From: Camelus ferus
Taxonomy: Eukaryota
Direction of reading: 5' to 3'
Assembly (NCBI RefSeq): GCF_009834535.1
Contig: NC_045697.1
Coordinates: forward strand, 95,482,001-95,546,000
DNA length: 64,000 bases
The position numbers and the translations under genes are program-made. How positions within the stretch are numbered: the stretch's first letter is position 1; every line of letters starts with the position of its first letter. Positions 13,001-21,599 of this stretch are shown piece after piece. The notes beneath the pieces were generated by a model. The model searched no databases and was not told the DNA's origin. It saw only the letters and a list, made by a program, of their open reading frames with translations.

Positions 13001-14600
13001 TTTTCCATGCTACAGAAACATCCATTTCTTTGTCACTTGTATTATTTTTGTTGTTTATTTTATCATAAATTTCACACATACAAATAAATCAGTAATAAAC
13101 TAACAATGACTATATTTAGTAACTGTCTTTTACACATAGATTTTATTTTACTCTGGTGCTGGCTAAAGGTCCTGTAGTCAGCTACAGGCCAGAGTTTATT
13201 TCTTCATCAAAGGAAGGCCATCTCAAAGCTGTGTGTAAAGGACCTTATTAGGTATCTTAAATTAATAGCACTTCAAAGAATAGATTTTGGGTTAGGCTTC
13301 TGATGTTACTGCTTAGACAACATTCAGATCATACCATTGTGATGTCAGGATTTCCAACTCTGGTGTTAATGTTAACCCAAGATCCAGAAGAACAAGAATT
13401 AATTACATAAGGCCTAATGAACTGATGAAGGAAACTTGATTATGTCATTTTTTGAGAATATTGTTGGCATTATTTCAACATTCTATTTTATGAATATATG
13501 AGATTCTTTTTCTTCTTAAGCTGTCTCCAACCCATAACTATTTAATAATCTCTGCATTTGAAAACTGAAATGAAACATTTAAAATATGTATCTGACTACT
13601 GAAACCCTACAGCTAGCATCATACTTAATTGTGAGTAACTTTAAGCTTTCCCACAGAGCACAGAGGATTTATATTGTAGTGAAAATACTCTGTATGATAT
13701 TATAATAATGGATATATATTTGTCCAGATTCATAGGATGTACAATACCAAGAGTGACCCCTAAGGTAAGTTATGAACTTTGGGTGATTATGATGTGTCAG
13801 TGTAGGTTCATCCTTTTCAAAAAATTGTACCAGTCTGGTGAGTGGTTTTGATTTTGGGGAAACTTATGCATATGTGGAGGCAGGGGTTATATGGGAAATC
13901 TCTATTCTACACTTTTATTGTAATCCTAAAATTGCTTGAAAAATTTCTTTCAACAACTCAGAAAATTCTTACTGAATTTTCTTATGCTTTTTTAGTAATG
14001 ATTATACAATAACAGTAATGTTCAGTGATAGATTATCCTGTCTTACCAAGAGGATAAATTAGAAAGATAAAGCAACAAAAGCCCTGCCTTCAAAATTATT
14101 TGACGATGCTAATTATTTAATCAGATATGATGAATAATTTTTTTAAAAGTATGGTTTACCTTGTGGAACAAAAGCTGACAAAGCCCCAACAAGAAAACTG
14201 GACTGCGGCCTGGCATACAATTCTCAGCCTTGCAGATGATAAGAGAGATCACTTGGCAAGTCAAGGATCTTTAGGACATTTTAGAGATTTCAAGAAGTAG
14301 AGATTCACACAAATTATAAAAACCGCAGGTGAAATCTGGAGGAGTTTATTGAGCTTGGCTTCCTAGTTTTGTGATAGCAAATAATAGAGGTTTTTAAAAG
14401 TCAAATCAGAGAGTCCTTATGAAAGCATTCAGCATAGCAAATATAAGAAGGCAAGTAGGGAAATTAATGCTCTTGCTGCACCTATTTAAATACTCAATCC
14501 ATGCATAATAAATCCCTCCTTATTTTGCAATCAAGAATAATATTTGTTTGGAATTATTCTGATAAAAAGGAGGAAATACTGTTAGGAAAGTCAGAATAAA
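10100..14600 (+). mobile_element. Degraded ERV1, MER4-group-like: LTR remnant followed by internal sequence
   Basis: Putative LTR end '...ctttaaca' (~10,504) then PBS-like 'gttttgg'; internal motifs 'aggtttactggtcaaataa' and 'acaagaattaattacataaggcctaatgaactgatgaagg'; no intact ORF. Confidence 0.55.
13650..13945 (+). mobile_element. L1MC-type 3' UTR fragment nested in the ERV1 remnant
   Basis: 'gtgaaaatactctgtatgata...ccaagagtgacccctaagg...tgatgtgtcagtgtaggttcatc...atatgggaaatctct'. Confidence 0.8.
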
Positions 14601-15013
14601 CAAAAAGATTACTGGGCATCTCTAATGAAAAAATGCAGTGATAGAACACATCCTACTGGAGCTATCTGATCAGTCAGTTGCCTTTGAGATATTTTACAAC
14701 CCTGTGAGTTGTAGATAACCAATAGTAATACAAAATTCTTCTTGGTTATGCACATGAAAATAAATTCTGTCCAGTGGGGCTTCAACTGACATCTCTCTTC
14801 ACAGGAAGAAAGCCTGTTTTGCATCCACCTGTGAATTTATCTCAACATAAGCTTTTTTTTCTCATCTAAAATGTTATCTTCTCTGTCCATTTATTACTTA
14901 TGTATTAATTAGTGAGTTTGAGTGCTTCTCTTTCCCTTCTGTTTGTATTAGTTTTGTTATTTGTTACTATGGAACTTATACAGTTTACATTACCTTATGT
15001 TATTACTTGTCTT

Positions 15014-15068
15014 TAACACTAACCCTAAGCCTAACCCCCAACCCTAAGCCTAACCCCAACCCCTACCC
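15014..15068 (+). repeat. Degenerate interstitial telomeric tract (TAACCC)n, about 9 units
   Basis: taacac taaccc taagcc taaccc ccaaccc taagcc taaccc caaccc ctaccc. Confidence 0.8.
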
Positions 15069-15699
15069 AGTAACTGCCACTGGACACCACTGCTTCCTCC
15101 CACTTATACTCACTGATCCTGTGTGAGTTTTTAGTCTCTGACTGCCTGCCCGCCTCTCCCTCACCCTCCCTTTAAAGCACCGGCCACCTCTGCACAAATC
15201 CATGGTTGTCCCTTCATGCTGGGCCCCCTTTTACTGCAAGCACATTTCTGACTCAAATCTGCCCTCTCCCCTTCAGCTCTTGTTCATCTCTGCTCAGATT
15301 TGTCTCCTGAACCCTGTGGACACTGGGATGCCTCATACCCACAGGCACCCACACTGTTCAGTGGCTGGCTTGGTAGGCAGCCAGAGGGTCCCCTAGGCCA
15401 GCAGGAAGGACAGTTGATGGACAATTCCTGCTTGTCTTCCCCGTCACAACCCTCCACAGAGCATCTCAGGAGGTGTTTCAGGGCCTGGTCCCTGGACACA
15501 GCAGCCTGGAGATGTGTCCAGCCTTCCTCCTGCTTCCCAGTGGTCACAGCTTAATGAGGAAGCTGCAGGTGAGGCCAGGCCTCTGGCCCTTCTGTCTGGG
15601 AGCCCGACTGAGGGCTGCATGAGAAAGGAAATCACTCATACTAACCAACTTACAGAAATCAAGGTAAATGAGGCTAAAATATTTCAGCACTTATAGAAT

Positions 15700-17100
15700 G
15701 CCAACCCAGAAATGTAGAAAAAGCAAAACCTAAAGAAAGCAAAAGATTAATAACAGCATCTTATGTAAATGCTGTTGTCTAATAGGTTAACAACAGATAA
15801 TGCAAAATGGATCACACAACATAAAGTAATAGAATACATAAGCTGGTATATCCTGAAATTTACATACGTATGTAGACACACACAAATCTTTAGCAAAGCT
15901 AATTGAGAAACACAATTACACAATTTGGGGGAGAAAGAGAAGGAAATATAACCACATTCATAGAGGAGATTCTTTAAAATCATGAACTGATTAAGACTAT
16001 GTGGGATCTTGTGCCAATATGTTTGAATCTCTTAAAAAAATAGGAAAAATTTAAGGAAAGTGGGAATTACAGTAATTTCCCCAAGAACAAGTGCACATCT
16101 AAACAGAGAATAGCTTGGAAGATTCACATCAAACAGCTGCCCTTGGGCAGTGTGCTTGGCACCCAGATGAGGGGGAGGAGCAGACTACTGCTGTCTATTC
16201 AATCTCTTGCAGAGCATGGAGATGAAATGCCCCCTATTTCCACTTTCAAAGGTAATATCGATACTAAAAGATGGCAAAACAGGAAAAGGCAACTCCAAAC
16301 CCATGTCATTATGAATATCTTTGCCAAGTCCTAAGTAGAAGGCATGGAGGTGGGGTCCACAGCAGGTCACAGTCCTGACACTCAGCCACACAAGGTCACC
16401 GCAGAAAGCAAGGGGGCCCTGTGTTAGGGCACTTACTAAAATACTGTTACATCAACTGAGCAAAAGCAAGAAACACCTCACATTCATGTCAACAGATGGT
16501 GAAAGACAATTGCTAAAACTCTACATCAACTCTTGATAGTTTTATAATTGTGGTAAAATACACATAACAAAATTTACCACTTCACGATTTTTAAATGTAC
16601 AGTTTGGCAGCATTAAGTGCATTCATGATGTTATGGAAGCATCTCCACTGTCCATCCCTAGGACTTTTCCATCATCCCAAACAGAAACTCAATTCCATTA
16701 AACATTAACTCCCCATTCTCCAAAAGAGAATGTCAATGTTTAATGGAAAACTAAATTAAAGACGGGGATTCTACTGTCTTTCAAAGAGAACTATACTTCC
16801 TCCACATGATGTAGCAAGTCTTTCCATTATTAGTATGAAATCACAGCCTTGTGGTGAAATTCAGGAACAGGGCAGACAAAGGTAGCAGCTGTCATATTCC
16901 TCTTTACCTGGAAACTACTGGACAGGGCACATGGACGTGTCACTGTCATATCAGAAAAAAGGAGGCAAATTTATCATTATTTCACAGGTCAGATGACTAC
17001 TTGCCTGGAAAATCTAGGAGAATGAAACTTAAACCTTATTGCAACTAATAATAGTTCAGCGCAGTGGCCAGTTATCCAAAATACCACTTGTGCATTTAAA
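15700..17100 (+). mobile_element. Very old L1 ORF2 remnant
   Basis: 'caactccaaacccatgtcattatgaatatctttgccaagtcctaa' echoes the L1 RT motif [16 protein letters not shown]; 'aggcaaatttatcattattcacaggtcagatgact' echoes VKLSLFADDM. Confidence 0.55.
16540..16721 (-). mobile_element. L1MB-type 3' end
   Basis: 'tgtggtaaaatacacataacaaaatttacca...aaacagaaactc...ttaactccccattc'. Confidence 0.8.
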
Positions 17101-18822
17101 AATAATAAACGTGAAATGAATCGCATGCCAGAATTTCCCCCATATCTTTAAAAAACTCCACGTAGTGGCTGTGGGTCTCTGCTGGCCTCATCTGTCAGGA
17201 CTTAAATCTGCCCAAAGTGATATCATCTGTTTTTCCTGATGCTGCAGTAAACGCCTCTACATGCAGCCTCTATCTGCATTTTTACTGGTCTCCTTGGATG
17301 AGTTCTCTCCGGGAAAACATTTTAAGAACTTCCAGAATGTAAGATCCATTTGGACAACCCCCACCCCCATCCCCGCTGGGGAGTTTGTCCTGCAGCCTTG
17401 TCTGTGGTTCCCGTCCCTCTACCCACCACCAGTGCTGCCTTGTAGTTTCACTTTCATTTACTTGGTCCGGGAAAAATGGTAACCTACTTATTTGAATGTG
17501 AGTGCTTTTATCATTTGTTTCTATCAGTGTTAAGCATTTTAATGCAGCCCCAGTCACCTGTGTGCCTGGGTGTTACCAGAGGACAGTTGGTGACAGTGGG
17601 GCTCCACTGGAAATTTGAGCATGAAGTGGAATGGTTAGCTGGGCACTGAGGTGGAGGACACCTAAATCGGGCATCCAGGAGCTGCTCCAGGGTGGAGGCA
17701 AACTCATGCCCCCAGACACTGTAGCCAGGACTGTGTGTGCACGTCCCAGTCAGCTGGAATTCCAGATCTGGAGGAGCTCCTGCTCTGGTCTGCTTTGTAA
17801 ACCTTTCACCACTTTACAAAGACTGTCTCCTGTCGAAGTCAGTCGGCCCCCAAACCCCAAACCTGAAGACAGAACCAGATAAACGTCGACAGAGAGTAAA
17901 TGAAAGCTGGCTAGTGAGAGCACCAAGTTCTTCATGCCTGGGGACATGGCTGGGGCTGCCTGGGTGCAGAGCCCACCTCTGGAGATTTGAACAACTTTGG
18001 GCCACAATTCTGCCCACTGGAGGTAGGAGGGGGAAGGGCAGGAGGAGAACTCACATAGGAAGCCAGCTGTCAGGAAGCTTTGCTCAGATGGGAGGGAGGG
18101 TGGTAGAGACTATTCTGCAATCAGCGGGAAACAGGGGAGGGGTCTCCACCTGGGGCCCTGAGCTGTGAAGAGGGGCAGAGAGGAGAGCCCGGGGCAGTGA
18201 GGGCGGGGCAGTGAGGGTGGGAGGGAGGGAAGGAAGCAGAGGGAGGAGGGGCAGGAAATGTGAGGGGTGGGAATTGGGGGGAAGGAGGGAGGGAGCCGAT
18301 GGGGTCTGAGTTTGGATGGGGGAAGGAAGTGAGGAGCCAACTGGTGCTGTTGGGAGGCTGAGCCTCTGTCCCCATAAGAGGACAGCTTGCCCCAAGCCCA
18401 TCTGCAGTGGTGACTGAGGGCTGAGGATGCTGGTCAGAGAAGGAGAGAGACCACCTGGAGAACTCAACCCAGTCAGCCCTCTGAGCTGTTCCAACATCTG
18501 TCCACTCTTCCGTTGGCCTCCAGCCAGTATGGGGGACACAGGTGTACCAGGCCCTTCTCTGAGTAGATGACCGATGCTAGGGACCGACCCTCCTGGGCTG
18601 TGTGGTCAGTGCCGGGACGAGGGGCACTCAGGACAGAAGGGCTAGCACTTTGGTGGAGGACCTGGGCTCTTGCTGGCCAACATGCTCAGAGGTCACAGGC
18701 ATGGACGTCTAAGGGATGGTGCAGCCCAGCCCTGGGGTGACAGTCTTGTTTGCTCTGGCCTTGGGGTCCAGTGACTGCAATGATGGACGGTGGCCAGAGC
18801 ACGGTCATCCTCACATACCTGT

Positions 18823-18985
18823 CCTCTGACCGCTGGGCACCGTGGACACACTCAGGACGTCCTGATGTCCCCATCCTCTGACCCTTGGACCCTGTGGTCA
18901 CACTTAGTGCATTCTCACACCCTATCATCTGAATCTGACCTCTAGATGCCATGGTCACAATCAGAACATCCTCATGTACCCTGTG
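18823..18985. repeat. Degenerate tandem repeat, 3 units of 52-57 bp
   Basis: 'tctgacc...tgg(a/t)caca...cat(c/t)ct' recurs at 18825, 18877 and 18934. Confidence 0.7.
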
Positions 18986-19109
18986 AGGGTCAGGTCCCTG
19001 CAGACCGTTGGCTGTGAGGACGTGTGGCTCCCAGCCAGGCAGTGTAGTCGCCACAGTCAAGTCCCCTCTGGAGTTGGAGGGTTGCCTCCAGTCCTGGGGT
19101 TGGGGCAAG

Positions 19110-20090
19110 TCAGCTCTGGGAGGCGCTCCGCCACTTCCTCCTCCCCTCCGGCTCCTCGGGAGTGGGCGTGGCCTGCAGTCACGTGGCCGAGAGTGATTTA
19201 GGACGCGCCTCAGGCGCCGGCGGCGGGAGAGGCCCGGAGAGGAGGTGGGAGCCGCGGCTGCGGTGAGTGCCAAGTCTGTCTGAATCCAGAGTCCCCGGCG
19301 AGATGCGGCAGGCGCCTTCCTGGGTGGGGGCGGAGGTGGGGGGGGCGTCAAGGGTGGTCCGCGTCCGGGTCCCGCAGGTCCTGTACCCTCCTTGCTCCCC
19401 AGGACCCAGAGGCTGGAGGAGCAGCAGGAGGGGCTGAGGGCCGGGGCCCACGGCGAGGGTGGGGTAGGGAGGAGGGGTAAGCGTCCCTCACAGGCTAATG
19501 TCCCCGCGCAGAGGGCCTTTGCGGCGGGTTTGTGTGGGTCAGCGTTTGTGGGCCCAGCAAGCGTTTGGGGGCCCACTGAGGGTTCAGGGGACTGGCTGTT
19601 GTCAGCACCGAGCTTTTGAGGAGATAGGTGCGCGTTCCGGGCCCAGGTGAGGTGGATGTGAACATGGCCCGTGGGTTTGCCAGCTATGTGCACTTCCATC
19701 CATTCACTCACCTGAGAACTATTCCCTGAGTGTTTACTGCGTGCCAGTCACCACCTGCAATTGTGTGTGGGGACAGAAGGGGCGTCCCTCTGGAGTCATA
19801 CGTGGGCGGTTCAGGTGGCTTACCTGGCCAGGATGGGTCAGTGGGTCTGGACACTTAACTCACCCTGCACCCTCTGCGTTTTGTGAAATTCGTCCCTAGT
19901 GCTCCCGAGTCCCATGTTGATTGAGAAAGCGAGAAGTTGAGTGGATCCAGCTGAGGCAGGGCGCGCGCTCCGTGGGGGAGGCGTCAGGGTGTGCACGTGC
20001 CCCGGCTTGCTCTCAGGTGTGCTGTCCCAGTGCTCGGGGTTGGAGCTGCAGTGGGAATGGGAATTGCCTGGGCCGTCCTGGGTTTGCACT
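19110..20090. promoter_or_regulatory. CpG island / promoter
   Basis: Only large CpG- and GC-rich tract in the window; ETS-type ACTTCC 19133-19138, KLF/SP GGGCGTGGC 19164-19172, E-box GTCACGTGG 19178-19186; second cluster GCGCGCGC and GCACGTGC at ~19,960-20,000. Confidence 0.85.
19190..19262 (+). other. Candidate non-coding first exon
   Basis: Directly downstream of the promoter motifs; no ATG; ends at consensus donor GCG|GTGAGT (GT at 19263); 5' end approximate. Confidence 0.6.
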
Positions 20091-20250
20091 AGTGCCGAGC
20101 ACTCCTGAGTCTGTACTTGGAAACCAGAGAGCTAGGGTCTGCAGTCAAGGGAGAGGACAGCTGACCCACACCTGTGCACCTGGGAGGAGGTGTGTGCCTG
20201 GCAACTACAGGACTGGTGTCTGAGAGGACTGAATGGTTTTCCTCCCACAG

Positions 20251-20335
20251 TTGGTGAACTCACCACCACCTCAGGCTGGGGAAAATGGGAGGAGGAGGGA
20301 CTTTATACAAAATGACCCAAATTCTGGAGAAACAG
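20251..20335 (+). other. Candidate internal exon
   Basis: Acceptor 'ttttcctcccacag|' at 20250; weak donor CAG|GTCTGG at 20336, or CAG|GTGACA at 20364; ATG at 20285. Confidence 0.3.
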
Positions 20336-20967
20336 GTCTGGGGACAGGACACTCAGTGGTCAGGTGACAAGGTCTGCAAGCATCTGGAGAGTTGGGGGCA
20401 AGGAGGTTTCTCAGTGGAGAGAAGTCAACACAAATATAAAGGCCCAGGCCTGGAGTTGGCGTGAAAGGTGGCTTGACAGCATGTGGACCAGAGGCCCTGA
20501 CTCAGGAGGTGCCCTGAGCAGCGCGTCTGCTCAGGCAGAGGGCAGGGGCTGCAGTTCTGGCTGACGAGGAGGGAACTTGTGTGTAACCAGCCCCTGTTCT
20601 GGCTGATCCTGGGAAAGAGCAGGTCAACTCCTGGCTGGGAGGGACTGCGTCTGTGTGGCCAGGTCAGAAAACGGGGGACCATGAGTTTCGGCTGAGTCTT
20701 TGTGGGGAAAGGTCTTTGCAGGAAGCCATTTCCTAGACACAGAGGGTGAGGAGATTTCTGGACTTTCAGGTCACCTTCAGCATCATTGAGAGGGCCTTAG
20801 TTCACCTCACAGCCGGGGAAACCGAGGCACAGAGGCTCAAGAGGGAGTTCAGGTGGATGGACAGGTGAAGACCCAGGATTTGCAGTGGAGAGGGGGCTTC
20901 TACATCACCAAGCTTTCCAGTACGGGACACAGTTCTGACCCCCCAATCTTCATTTGTATCTCCTTAG

Positions 20968-21031
20968 AAGTGGTTGATTGTGGTTAAAGTGGGTTCTCCT
21001 TTCTGTTGGGGTGATGGGTCCTCGGTACCCA
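20968..21031 (+). other. Candidate internal exon (64 bp)
   Basis: Branch-like 'ttctgac' at ~20,932, pyrimidine tract and 'tccttag|', donor CCA|GTAAGT at 21032. Confidence 0.4.
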
Positions 21032-21067
21032 GTAAGTCCAGTGCCTTAACCCTAGCCTACCACCAAG

Positions 21068-21205
21068 GGCCCTCAGCCTGTGAGAGGAAGGAGGGAACAC
21101 TCAGGCCCCGGGCTGTGACAACAGGGAAGGGACCCTCAGAACTTGACCTATGACAGTAAGGAGGGGATGCATAGACCCTGGGCTGTGACAGGAGGAGGGG
21201 ATGGG
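21068..21205. repeat. Degenerate 35-bp minisatellite, 4 units
   Basis: 'ct(g/a)tga...gg(a/g)(g/a)gg' anchors at 21078, 21113, 21148 and 21183, an exact 35-bp period. Confidence 0.8.
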
Positions 21206-21599
21206 AGTTTAGTCTTATGGCTGCTTCAGGTAATGGGCCGGTTACAATTTATTTACTTGAAAAAGGAAATAAGCATTTTCTTATTCCTAAAAATGCAACA
21301 AGAACATTTAGAAGAGAAAGATTTCAGAATATAGCTCCTCTCTTTATTAGTAAATATAACTAATACAGCATATCATAATCAAGTCTGTTTATTATTTCTG
21401 CAGACATATTAATCTTTATTATAAATAGAAATCTTGAAAGTGTCAAGAAGATACCTGTGTTTTTTTTTTAATTCTCTCTAAATTTCTGACTATTTCCAAG
21501 GAGAAAAATAAATGCATTTTTCTGACACATTCCTATTTATTCCACAAAATCATTTAAGCTATGAATAAATTAGTCTCAAGTTATAATTCAATACATGCA

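Noticed and set aside
18686..19711. 341-aa minus-strand ORF
   Set aside because: It starts at the GTG of a splice-donor-like site, is Pro/Arg/Gly/Ala-rich with no recognisable domain, and long stop-free frames are expected in CpG islands.
20770..20851. 'ttcag|GTCACCTTC' (VTF) resembling the start of a KRAB-A exon, in phase with MTQILEKQ
   Set aside because: The following residues lack the DVAV.F..EEW pattern, and 'ggggaaaccgaggcacagagg' looks like a MIR core.
21044..21060. 'ccttaaccctagcctac' as a second telomeric tract
   Set aside because: Only one good unit; compatible with chance.
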